The notes under the pieces were generated by a model, which saw nothing but the letters and a program-made list of their open reading frames with translations, did not search any database and was not told the DNA's origin. The translations under genes were made by a program, and so were the position numbers. Source: an uncultured Verrucomicrobiae bacterium (lineage in GTDB: Bacteria; Verrucomicrobiota; Verrucomicrobiia; Chthoniobacterales; JAFAMB01). From it: 64,000 nucleotides of DNA. How positions within the stretch are numbered: the first letter of the stretch is position 1; the number at the start of each line of letters is the position of its first letter. The stretch is from NCBI GenBank assembly GCA_963837955.1, contig CAWIPH010000002.1, forward strand, positions 1,376,001 through 1,440,000, read 5' to 3'. Below are positions 9,816 to 19,156 of the stretch, in pieces.

Positions 9816-11246
9816 CTACCGGTCACGGATATGGTCGTTCGGAAACCGCAGAATGATCGTTGTACCTTTCCCGAGTTCGCTGGCGATTTCGGCCGTGCCA
9901 TGATGCAGCCTCATAATGCTCTTTACGATCGATAAGCCTAGGCCGACACCGTCCCGGGAATTTTCGCCGGTATAAAATCGATCGAAAAGCTTCGGTAAAT
10001 CCTTGGCTGGCACGCCGCTCCCATTGTCTGCCACGGTTACTGCAACCTCCGTTGAATCGCTTCGCAACTCGATCGTTACTTTGCCTCCCTCCGGCACATG
10101 TTTCAGAGCATTAGATAGCAAATTGCTGATCGCTCTGCGAAACAACGATTCGTCTCCGCAAATCACAGCCTCCCCTAAGCTGGCGAGTTCAACGTGCGAC
10201 TCGTTTGCTAACGGTTCATAAAATTCCGCCACCGCACGAATCGACTCATGCGCGGGGAATTGCGATTGATGAATCTGGAAATTCGCTGTTTCGGCACGCG
10301 CCAGGAAAAGCAAACTATCGATTAAGCGGGAGAGTCGCTGGTACTCTTCCAGGCTGGAGCCGAGAACCTGCCGGTATTCTTCAACCGAGAGCGAACGTCC
10401 GAGAGCCACTTCTGTTTCGCCCATCAGATTACTGATTGGCGTTCGGAGTTCATGCGCGATGTTGGAGGAAAATCGTGATAGCCGCCCGAAAGATTCCTCC
10501 AGCCGTTCGAGCATGTGATCAAATTCTGCGCCCAAGGTTGCCAGCTCGCGCGGCCAGGTGCGAGTGCTGATCCGCTCGCTCAAGGCGCTGGCGGTTATGG
10601 CTTGAGCGGCCGAAGTGATTTCCCGGATCGGGCGAATGCCGCGATGTGCAATCCAGGTACCCAGCAGCGCGGATACGGCAGTCGCCAGGATTAGGGCGAT
10701 CACCAACTTTCCTTTATAATCGGCCAGTAACTTCTGTTCGTTCGAAATATCGAGCGCAATTTCGTAGCGATATTTCTCATTAGGTGGTGCACCATTGACC
10801 TCCGCGGCAGCTAACAGAAAAGTATTGCCCTGTGGGACTCGGAGCTCCCTGATGTTACCAATCGGCTGGTCCAATGATGCGGCTGGTGGAAAGACGGCAT
10901 TTACCGGCAACAGCGAGCGAAAACCGGGCGATTCCACGATTGTCCTTCCACGAAGGATGAGGCGCGAAAAATAGACTGCCTGCCGGCGGGCCGCGCTTTC
11001 CCACTCTATTTCTTCCTCCAGAGCATTACGGTCCTCTGGACGCTCGCGCAGTATTTGACGAAGTACCGCGATCTTGTCGGCTAAGATATTCTCTTCTTCC
11101 GAACGCAGGCTTTGGACAAGGGTCCAATAGAGGAAAAAACCGGCCGCACAAAGCACGGCAGTCGAAAGTACAGTATACAGCAGCGCGAGTCGGGCGACGA
11201 TGGACCAGGAACGCTTGATGGGAGATTCAGCGCCGTTCGAGGACAT
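9816..11246 (-). CDS. Heavy-metal-type sensor histidine kinase (CusS/CzcS-like)
   Basis: Two TMs, HAMP, FSSNIAHELRTP H-box, NLLSNA, D.G.G and GLGL; overlaps the regulator stop. Confidence 0.9.
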   Translation of the reverse strand: MSSNGAESPIKRSWSIVARLALLYTVLSTAVLCAAGFFLYWTLVQSLRSEEENILADKIAVLRQILRERPEDRNALEEEIEWESAARRQAVYFSRLILRGRTIVESPGFRSLLPVNAVFPPAASLDQPIGNIRELRVPQGNTFLLAAAEVNGAPPNEKYRYEIALDISNEQKLLADYKGKLVIALILATAVSALLGTWIAHRGIRPIREITSAAQAITASALSERISTRTWPRELATLGAEFDHMLERLEESFGRLSRFSSNIAHELRTPISNLMGETEVALGRSLSVEEYRQVLGSSLEEYQRLSRLIDSLLFLARAETANFQIHQSQFPAHESIRAVAEFYEPLANESHVELASLGEAVICGDESLFRRAISNLLSNALKHVPEGGKVTIELRSDSTEVAVTVADNGSGVPAKDLPKLFDRFYTGENSRDGVGLGLSIVKSIMRLHHGTAEIASELGKGTTIILRFPNDHIRDR

Positions 11247-11913
11247 AACCCGCACCGTATACAGAGTGAATCAACGGCTTAGGGAAGGGATAGTCGACTT
11301 TCCGGCGCAACCGGCGAATGGCGACGTCGACGAGATTCGAATCTCCTTCGCTATCCATGTTCCAGATTTCTTTGGCGATGAATTTTCGCCCGAGAATTTC
11401 TCCTGCGTTGCGGGCCAGAAGTACGAGAAGTGCGAACTCCTTTTGCGTGAGTTCCAGCTGCTTAGGACCTCGAGTAACAACGTGGGTCACCAGATTGATT
11501 TCGAGTTCCTCGATTTTGATATTAGTCGGCTGGCGATCCGGACCTCGCCGCAGAATGGAACGGATGCGAGCCAGCAGTTCGGAAAATGCGAAAGGCTTCA
11601 CCAGGTAATCATCCGCACCGAGGTCGAGTCCTTTGATGCGATCGGCGACTTCATCCCGGGCCGTCAAAAAAATTACGGGTGCTAATACAGCTTCTGCTCG
11701 AAGGCGTCTTAGAACGGTCCAACCATCCAGACTCGGTAGCGTGACATCGAGCAGGAGCAGGTCATAGGAGTGTGCCAGTCCCAGCCGCAAGCCCTCGGAG
11801 CCATCCTTTGCGACATCGACTTTCCATCCATGGTCCTGCAATCCATCGCAGAGAAAGGCCGCAGTTTTTGCTTCGTCCTCGACAACAAGCGCTAGCTTTG
11901 GCTGTTCGAACAC
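11227..11913 (-). CDS. OmpR-family response regulator (CusR-like)
   Basis: VVEDE, LLDVTLP, GADDYLVKPFAFSELLARIR and a winged-helix tail; GTG start giving MFEQPK. Confidence 0.9.
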   Translation of the reverse strand: MFEQPKLALVVEDEAKTAAFLCDGLQDHGWKVDVAKDGSEGLRLGLAHSYDLLLLDVTLPSLDGWTVLRRLRAEAVLAPVIFLTARDEVADRIKGLDLGADDYLVKPFAFSELLARIRSILRRGPDRQPTNIKIEELEINLVTHVVTRGPKQLELTQKEFALLVLLARNAGEILGRKFIAKEIWNMDSEGDSNLVDVAIRRLRRKVDYPFPKPLIHSVYGAGYVLERR

Positions 11914-12551
11914 AGCAGCGCATAGCGTAGGGTTTAGCGAAACGCAACGGAGCACGGATCAGTTTTTTGGCGCCGAACCTGTCCCTTGGGTAATTAACGC
12001 CAAGATAGGTAGGGCGAAACAGTCCGGCGAATGTTGCGTGTCGGAGGGTGCGCCGCTTGCGGCGCCCGGGCATTATCCAACGTGGACCGAGGAATCGAGG
12101 CAAAGGGATTGTTCGCGAACTTCGAGAAACCGCGGGCTTCGATTTATCATGGATGGTTCCCGGGAGCCGCAAGCGGCTCCCCTCCGTGCGATAAGGTTTC
12201 GGCGTGATTTCGATAGAGGTTTTCGCTGAGACATTCGTCCTGGACAAACGAGCGCTGGCTTTGGCTGTTCGAACACAGCAGCGCATAGCGTAGGGTTTAG
12301 CGAAACGCAAACCGCGAGTGGGTGACTTAGAACTGATTGACGGGAACGGCGTTGCGCGTCGGAGGGTGCGCCGCTTGCGGCGCCCGGGCATTATCCAACG
12401 TAGACCGAGGAATCGAGGCGAAGGGATTGTTCGCGAGCTTCGAGAAACTGAGGCCTTCGATTTATCATGGGTGGTTCCCGGGAGCCGCAAGCGGCTCCCC
12501 TCCGTGCGATAAAGCTTCAGCGCGATTTCGATAGAGATTTTCGCTGAGACA
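11872..12551. repeat. Diverged tandem duplication (11872-12233 and 12234-12551), each copy with a REP-doublet hairpin
   Basis: Both copies begin ttcgtcct..gctttggctgttcgaacacagcagcgcatag and end ttttcgctgagaca; each holds the inverted repeat cggagggtgcgccgcttgcggcgcccggg...cccgggagccgcaagcggctcccctccg. Confidence 0.85.
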
Positions 12552-12569
12552 GCGGAACGGCTCGCACCC

Positions 12570-14045
12570 TCACCCCACATACTCTTCCAACGTCGCTGCC
12601 GTTCCTTTGTCGTAAAAGCTCGCGAGGGCTACCTCGACTTCTTTCACGAAGCGCGGATCGGTGGCGACTTCTTCGCTGAAGAGCTGGCGCATTGCCAGTA
12701 ATCGCCCCGGATCTTTTCCACCGGCTGCTGCCGCTTCTTTCAACTGATCCAACATCGGGTCTTTCATCGGCACCGGCTTTCCAGCGTCATCTTTTCCGGC
12801 GAGATAACGAAACCAGCTCGCGACGGTTAAGCTGAGCAATTTAATGGGTCCGCCGCGTTTCAGTTGATCGCTTATCGATGGCACTACGAATTTCGGTATA
12901 CGAGCCGAACCTTCTGTGCCGAGGCGTCCCAGCGTATCCCGGATTGCCGGGTTGGCGAATCGTTCGATCAGTGTGTTCTTGTATTGCGTCAGATCGATCC
13001 CGGGAACTTCCGGCAATATCGGGGTCACTTCGACATCCATCATCTTGCGCATGAGCGCTGTGATTCGCCGATCAGCCATGGCTTCATGGGCGAACTCGTA
13101 ACCGAGTAGCATGCCGACGTAGCAGATTGCCTGATGGCTCGCATTGAGCAGCCGGATTTTCATTTTTTCGTACGGCAACACCTCCTCGGTGAACTGAGCA
13201 CCGACTTGTTCCCAAGCAGGGCGCCCACTCACGAAGTGGTCTTCGATTACCCATTGCCGGAAGGACTCGGTCATTACGGGCCAGCCATCATCGATACCAA
13301 ATTTCTCCCGGACAAGTGCGCGGTGTTCGTCCGTCGTTGCGGGAGTGATGCGATCCACCATGCTGTTGGGGAACGTTGCGTTCTGCTCCAGCCAGTTTCT
13401 TTGCTTAGGGTCACGCAACTCGATAAAAGCCAGCAGCATTTTCTTCGCTACATCACCGTTGCCCTGCAAATTGTCGCACGACATGATCGTGAACGGTGGG
13501 AGCCCGCGTTTTCCACGCCGCTCCAGTGCCTCCGCCAGATAACCAAAGGCGCCCTTGGGCTCGTGCGGATGAGCGAGTTCGTATTGAATGTCCGGATGTT
13601 CGGCATCTAAGTCGCCGGTACCTTGATGCACATAGTATCCGCCCTCGGTTATCGTGAGAGAAACAATATGCGTATCTGGAGACGCGAGCTTTTCTAAAAC
13701 GACGTTTGGATTGCTGGGCGCATGCAGAAAGTTTTGAATCGAGCCGATGACTCGTGCCTCATCGCCGGCGGCGCTCCGTTCGACGACAGTATAGAGGTAG
13801 TCTTGTGAACGAAGCACTTCTCCGATGTGGGAATCGACAGGAAGCAGTCCGATGCCGCACAAACCCCATTCAGATCCGCCGTTCAGATGAAACAGGTCAT
13901 CATTATAGACTGCCTGATGAGCGCGATGGAATCCGCCGACCCCAATATGCGCGATTCTTTGACCAATCCGGCCACGATCATACGTGGGGACACGAACGTT
14001 TGCTGGTAGTGAGCGAAGATTGGCATTCGAGAGCTTTATCGGCAT
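12570..14045 (-). CDS. Mannitol 2-dehydrogenase family
   Basis: HIGVGGFHRAHQA, LTITEGGY, SCDN, FPNSMVDRITP, KIRLLNASH and RFANP motifs. Confidence 0.93.
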   Translation of the reverse strand: MPIKLSNANLRSLPANVRVPTYDRGRIGQRIAHIGVGGFHRAHQAVYNDDLFHLNGGSEWGLCGIGLLPVDSHIGEVLRSQDYLYTVVERSAAGDEARVIGSIQNFLHAPSNPNVVLEKLASPDTHIVSLTITEGGYYVHQGTGDLDAEHPDIQYELAHPHEPKGAFGYLAEALERRGKRGLPPFTIMSCDNLQGNGDVAKKMLLAFIELRDPKQRNWLEQNATFPNSMVDRITPATTDEHRALVREKFGIDDGWPVMTESFRQWVIEDHFVSGRPAWEQVGAQFTEEVLPYEKMKIRLLNASHQAICYVGMLLGYEFAHEAMADRRITALMRKMMDVEVTPILPEVPGIDLTQYKNTLIERFANPAIRDTLGRLGTEGSARIPKFVVPSISDQLKRGGPIKLLSLTVASWFRYLAGKDDAGKPVPMKDPMLDQLKEAAAAGGKDPGRLLAMRQLFSEEVATDPRFVKEVEVALASFYDKGTAATLEEYVG

Positions 14046-14146
14046 AGGACGCGGGGGGGGAGTTAGGGGTTAAGCAAAGTATCGGCGAAAGGGCGTATCG
14101 GCGCAACGGTATCGAGCACCGACCTGTCCGCCGACCCACGAAACTC

Positions 14147-15472
14147 CTACCGCAAATACTCCAACCACTGCTCCTGCGCGGCGAACAGCTCGTCTACCAT
14201 TTCATGAATTTGCGGAAGTGTGCAAACGGCCGAGGTCAACGGATCCAGGGCTACGGCATGATAGATTGCGTCCCTCTTTCGATTGACTGCTGCTTCTACG
14301 ATTAGCTCTTGGACGTTAATATTCGTTCTGTTAAGCGCAGCCAGCTGCGGGGGCAAGGGACCGAAGTGGGTTGGCTGAACGCCGTTGCGATCGACTAGGC
14401 AAGGCACTTCTACGCAACACCCGAGTGGCAAATTGTCGATGAGCTGGTGATTTGGCACGTTACCGTTGATCCGAAGGGGCTGATTCGTCTCAATAGCCTC
14501 GATGATGAACGAGCCGTACTCGTGGGTTCGATCCGTCCGAATGGGATCTACCATTATTTGCTTAAACTCCTGGCGAAAACTCTCTAGTCGCTCATAACTG
14601 TGTCGGAGGTATCCGCCGGTCCGGCCAAACTGGAACCAATGGTTCACCTTGTCCGTGAAACGAGGTACCAAGTCTTCTTCCACCATTTGCGCGTTTTTCC
14701 TGAAATAGGGCACGTATTCGCTGGCGTGTCCGCTCGACTCCGTCACGAAGTAGCCAAAATGTTTCATCAACTCGATGCGGACCGGCTCCTCGCCATAGAT
14801 CTCTTTTCGATCAATGACCTGGCGGAGATGGGGATAAAGATCTTCGGTGCCGCGACGGAACTCCAAAAAGAACGCCTGATGGTTAATCCCTCCACAATGG
14901 AAATTTACCTGCTCGTACGGGACTTCTAACCATTTGGCCAACATCTCGCTGGTGCCTTGAACGCTATGGCAAAGGCCAACGTGCGGGCGACCGGTAGCTA
15001 CGTCGATAGCCCAACAGTTTGGCGCCATGGGATTCACATAGTTCAGCAACAGAGACTGGGGGGCGTGCCGGTCGAGTTCGTGGCAAAGGTCGATCAACAC
15101 GGGGATGGTGCGCAATGCGCGAAATACACCGCCTGGTCCGAGGGTGTCTCCCACGCATTGCTCAACCCCATATTTCTTCGGAATCTCGATGTCCTGGGCA
15201 TACGCCTCCAATCCACCTTGCTGAAAAGTAGTAATGACATAATCGGCATTACGAACCGACTCGGCGCGGTCGGTGGACGTGGTAATCCGGGCCTTCAGCT
15301 TGCGTTCGTCGACAATTCTCTGGACGATCTGCCGAGACTCTTCCAATCGACGCGAATCGATATCCATGAGTGAGATTTCACTGTCTTGCAGAGAAGGTGC
15401 GAGCAGGATGTCGCTGCAGAGGTTGCGGGTAAAGACCAGGCTGCCCGCTCCAATCAAGGTTATTTTAGGCAT
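14147..15472 (-). CDS. melA: GH4 alpha-galactosidase
   Basis: KITLIGAGS, GDTLGPGG.FRALRTIP, NYVNPM, GLCHSVQGT, GINH and TESSGHASEYVP motifs. Confidence 0.88.
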   Translation of the reverse strand: MPKITLIGAGSLVFTRNLCSDILLAPSLQDSEISLMDIDSRRLEESRQIVQRIVDERKLKARITTSTDRAESVRNADYVITTFQQGGLEAYAQDIEIPKKYGVEQCVGDTLGPGGVFRALRTIPVLIDLCHELDRHAPQSLLLNYVNPMAPNCWAIDVATGRPHVGLCHSVQGTSEMLAKWLEVPYEQVNFHCGGINHQAFFLEFRRGTEDLYPHLRQVIDRKEIYGEEPVRIELMKHFGYFVTESSGHASEYVPYFRKNAQMVEEDLVPRFTDKVNHWFQFGRTGGYLRHSYERLESFRQEFKQIMVDPIRTDRTHEYGSFIIEAIETNQPLRINGNVPNHQLIDNLPLGCCVEVPCLVDRNGVQPTHFGPLPPQLAALNRTNINVQELIVEAAVNRKRDAIYHAVALDPLTSAVCTLPQIHEMVDELFAAQEQWLEYLR

Positions 15473-15510
15473 AGTAATCGTTCCATGAAGAAGGCGATTG
15501 ATGTTTGGAG

Positions 15511-16341
15511 TTAATTCTTTACCGCTCCAGCGGTGAGTCCTGCTACTAACCGTCGCTGAACCAGGGTGAAAAACAGGATAGTGGGGACTATGGCCACAAC
15601 GGTTCCGGCTGTAATCATTCCCCACTTCACTTGGAGGCTATTCATAAAGGACTGGAGCGCGATGGGTAGTGTTTGTGTGTTCTGGCTCTGCGACAGGATG
15701 GAGACGAAGAGATAATCTCCCCAGGAGACCACGAAGGCGAAAAAGCCGGCGACGACCAGTCCTGGTAGGGCGGTCGGATAAATGATGCGAAACAAGACGC
15801 CGAGCCTGCTACATCCGTCGATTAAGGCCGCCTGATCCAGCTCTTTCGGGATAGCATTGAAGTAGCCGGTCAGCATCCAGATCGCAAACGGCAGGGTTAT
15901 GGAGGTATGGGTTAAGATGAGTCCAATATGCGTGTCGACTAAACCCAGATTGGACATCAGTACGTAGAATGGGATTAGGATTAACACGTAGGGGAAGAAT
16001 TGGGGAAGGAGGGTCGACATCATCAACCAACTCTTACCGCGAAGCGCGAAGCGGCTGAGCGCATAAGCACCAAGGCTTCCCAGCAGAACGACCAGGAGCA
16101 TAACCGAAGTCGCGATCACCACGGAGTTGATCAGAAAGATGAAGACATCGTTGATGGCGAACACCTCAAAATAGTTGGTCAACGTCAGCTCTGATAAAGC
16201 GGGAAAAAGTTTTCCGGTTTGAATCGAATCGTTGCTCCGAAAGCTGGAAATGATGAGCCATCCGATGGGTAAAAGAAGAATGGTGTAGGTGATGAACAGG
16301 CCCACATAGGTAAGCAAAAGCTCGAGCGAACGGCGTTTCAT
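15511..16341 (-). CDS. Carbohydrate ABC permease (MalG-like)
   Basis: Hydrophobic; EAA-like loop IPKELDQAALIDG. Confidence 0.92.
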   Translation of the reverse strand: MKRRSLELLLTYVGLFITYTILLLPIGWLIISSFRSNDSIQTGKLFPALSELTLTNYFEVFAINDVFIFLINSVVIATSVMLLVVLLGSLGAYALSRFALRGKSWLMMSTLLPQFFPYVLILIPFYVLMSNLGLVDTHIGLILTHTSITLPFAIWMLTGYFNAIPKELDQAALIDGCSRLGVLFRIIYPTALPGLVVAGFFAFVVSWGDYLFVSILSQSQNTQTLPIALQSFMNSLQVKWGMITAGTVVAIVPTILFFTLVQRRLVAGLTAGAVKN

Positions 16342-17285
16342 TTCTCGGCAAAGCCTCCGATTAACCGTCGCGACAAAACGACCAGGAGCACAAGCGTCAC
16401 TAGCATGATCACACCACCCGCACTCGCATAGCCGAGGGCATAGCCATTCCAGGCTTGTTTATAGATATAGGTCGCCAGCACCTCGGTGGCATCGACCGGT
16501 CCACCCCCGGTCGATAAATAAACAAAATCGAAATTGTTCAGAGTGAAGGTTACGTGGAGCACAACCATCACCAGGATGATGTAACGCAGATTCGGAAGCG
16601 TGATGTGCCAAAACCGTTTCCAGGATGAGGCGCCATCGATTGTCGCTGCTTCGTAAAGATCTTGCGGGACTGCCTGCATCGCGGCCATGAAAGCGATCCC
16701 GTAAAATGGAACGTTCCGCCATAGGTGCATCACCAGGATGAGCAGGAATGCGAAGGCTGGATCCCCAAACCAGTTTCGGGTCAGGTTGCCAAATCCAAAC
16801 GCGGTAAGCATAATGTTGATGAATCCGATGTTTGGCAGTGTGAGAAAACGGAACATCACAACCGCGGTGATGATCGGCAGCACCCAAGTGACCATGGCGA
16901 CACTTCGAAACCAATGTATGCCGGGCACCTTTCGGATGAGGAGATGAGCCATGCCGAGCCCAAGAACCACCTGCAGAATTACGGCGGAGAATGTGAGAAG
17001 CAGCGAGTGGAAGAATGAAATACGGAATGCCGAATCCGCCAGCAATCGTTGATAGTTCTCCCATCCAATCGCTCGCCACGTATTTGGGTTAAGTAAAGAC
17101 TGGTCAGTGAAAGAGGTGAAAATGCCACTGATCGTTGGGTAGAGATTCAGCCCAAGGATTAAGCAAACCGCCGGTGCCAGCAGAGCGTAGCCAAAAGCGG
17201 CGTGACGAATATCAGCTAATCGTGAGTTTACACCCCGACCTGCCGTTACTTTTGAAGGCTGATCGGATTGAACCGTCTCAAACAT
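16338..17285 (-). CDS. Carbohydrate ABC permease (MalF-like)
   Basis: LYEAATIDGAS.W..F.HITLP and TGGGP motifs. Confidence 0.92.
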   Translation of the reverse strand: MFETVQSDQPSKVTAGRGVNSRLADIRHAAFGYALLAPAVCLILGLNLYPTISGIFTSFTDQSLLNPNTWRAIGWENYQRLLADSAFRISFFHSLLLTFSAVILQVVLGLGMAHLLIRKVPGIHWFRSVAMVTWVLPIITAVVMFRFLTLPNIGFINIMLTAFGFGNLTRNWFGDPAFAFLLILVMHLWRNVPFYGIAFMAAMQAVPQDLYEAATIDGASSWKRFWHITLPNLRYIILVMVVLHVTFTLNNFDFVYLSTGGGPVDATEVLATYIYKQAWNGYALGYASAGGVIMLVTLVLLVVLSRRLIGGFAEK

Positions 17286-17446
17286 AAAAACGAGGGTAGC
17301 GTCAGGCCGCGCATAAACATGCGCCCTTCAACGGTAGGGCCAAAGTTTGATCGGCGCACCCAGCTCAGCTTGTTCGCCGACCCTGCCGGGTTCGAGCCCT
17401 ACCATGACGGGCGGGATTTTCCCGAAGTGTTACCCTCTCTCTTCAC

Positions 17447-18751
17447 TTACAATTGATTGTTCTGCGCGCGCTGCTGCAAAGTATTAAACAGTTCCTGGCC
17501 GGTCTTCTCTGCGGGATTGTTTTGGTAAATGACCTTCTGGAGCGCTTCCGTGATATCGTTTACGACCAGGCCCCAGTTGATCGGTGCCAGAGCGACACCG
17601 GTAGAGATTTGCTGGGTGAAAGCCTGCTGCCACCAGTCACTTTTGAAATCGGGAAGGTCAGCAACATCCTGGCGGGGTGGGTTGATGCCTTCGAGCTTCG
17701 CGTCCATGGCAACGAAATCCTTACTACAGAGAAGTTTGATTAGCTCCCAGCTCTCTGCTTTCTCCTTGGTAGCCGCGTTGATCATGATTGGCTTGACCTC
17801 AAGGTAGGTCGCCTGGGTGCCGCCCGGTGGAAGCGGTAGCGCTACGACTCCGGTATTTTCTTCCAGAATCTTGCGCGCTGTATCGCCGGTCTTCCGATAG
17901 CTGTAGATCCATGGGCCCATTGGGACCATTGCACTCTTACCGGCAACATAATCGGCGTCGGTAGCTTGGTAGTCATTACCACGGGTATTCTGATTGGCCG
18001 CGGCTGGAGTCCCTTTGAAGAAGCAATCGTGGTACAACGCTAAGACCTGCCCGAGCTTTTCCGGCGTAGTGTTCATGGTCCATTTCTTCGCGGATTCATC
18101 GTATTTAAACGGATTTTCGCCTCCATTTACCTGAAAAAAGAACGAGATGAATTCCTGGAACGTGCGAACGCTGCCCGATTTCGTGGTCAATCCTAGCCCG
18201 GCGACGCCTTGTTCCTTGCTCGATATCATCGCGGCGTCATCCAGCAATTCTTCCCAGGTCTTAGGCGGTTGCAGATTATACTTCTGGAGAATGTCCTTTC
18301 GGTATAACAACACCCGCACATTGGTATTGTATGGCACGCCATAAAGCTTCCCATTGATGGTGAGCGCTTTGATCGTGCTGGGGATAAACTTATCCTTTTC
18401 CGGCCATTGATTGTACAAGTCATCGATTGGAGCAATGAGGCCCGCTTTTTGGTAGGCAATCATTCCTTCCAGCACGCCTTCGATTACGTCCGGCTTGCCA
18501 CGGCGACCCTGCACGATGAATTTTTGCTGGGCGTCCTGATAAATGGGAGGCCCGTAATTACCAGGCACGGTCACGCCTTGGGGTAATTCTTTGGGGAAAT
18601 GTTCCTTTACCCACGCTAGGAGGCTGGGCGTTTGAGGGCCTTCCTGCGACATTGGAACGAACCAAAGATCAATTTCTTTACCGAAGCTAAAGACAGCCGA
18701 AGCCAAAAGGCTGGCTGCTACGAGAACACGATGGGGGGATCTGATACGCAT
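17447..18751 (-). CDS. Sugar ABC substrate-binding protein
   Basis: Signal peptide; GKLYGVP, LLYRKDIL and PPKTWEEL motifs; start estimated. Confidence 0.9.
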   Translation of the reverse strand: MRIRSPHRVLVAASLLASAVFSFGKEIDLWFVPMSQEGPQTPSLLAWVKEHFPKELPQGVTVPGNYGPPIYQDAQQKFIVQGRRGKPDVIEGVLEGMIAYQKAGLIAPIDDLYNQWPEKDKFIPSTIKALTINGKLYGVPYNTNVRVLLYRKDILQKYNLQPPKTWEELLDDAAMISSKEQGVAGLGLTTKSGSVRTFQEFISFFFQVNGGENPFKYDESAKKWTMNTTPEKLGQVLALYHDCFFKGTPAAANQNTRGNDYQATDADYVAGKSAMVPMGPWIYSYRKTGDTARKILEENTGVVALPLPPGGTQATYLEVKPIMINAATKEKAESWELIKLLCSKDFVAMDAKLEGINPPRQDVADLPDFKSDWWQQAFTQQISTGVALAPINWGLVVNDITEALQKVIYQNNPAEKTGQELFNTLQQRAQNNQL

Positions 18752-18924
18752 AAGATGGAATCGTTGGATTGGAATTGGGGTACCAACGAAATCAATCTTG
18801 CTGGATCGAAATGGGTCGCAATAGTCACAACTACCCAATAATAGTCAATTTGTGACAAAGCCATCGGCTGCTTCGAGGCCAGACCCGAACTTTAGCGCCC
18901 ATTTTCTTTGGGCTGCCGCTATAA

Positions 18925-18940
18925 GACCAAAGTCCAATAG
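18925..18940 (+). promoter_or_regulatory. Repeated motif, copy 1 (GACCAAAGTCCAATAG)
   Basis: One of four intergenic copies. Confidence 0.6.
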
Positions 18941-19156
18941 CCGCAGCGCCCCAATTTTTGCAGAATATCCGCTTAGATCTGCTCACGCCTGAGCCGCGCC
19001 GCCGCCTCTGGCCGTTTACCAAGCAGCTCAAATCCGAATCCAGTGCAAAGGCGGCTATTTTCGCCACAGCCCCAACGATGGCGGATCCATTCGCGGTTAG
19101 AAACACCCTCACGAAAGAATCAGATTCCGACGAACTGTACTACGAAAGAAGAGACG

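Noticed and set aside
11762..12580. 272-aa ORF with an internal repeat
   Set aside because: Translation of the tandem duplication and REP hairpins; overlaps the regulator in another frame.
18823..18855. GTCACAA...TTGTGAC inverted repeat upstream of the SBP gene
   Set aside because: Short arms, long spacer, single copy and no cognate regulator adjacent.
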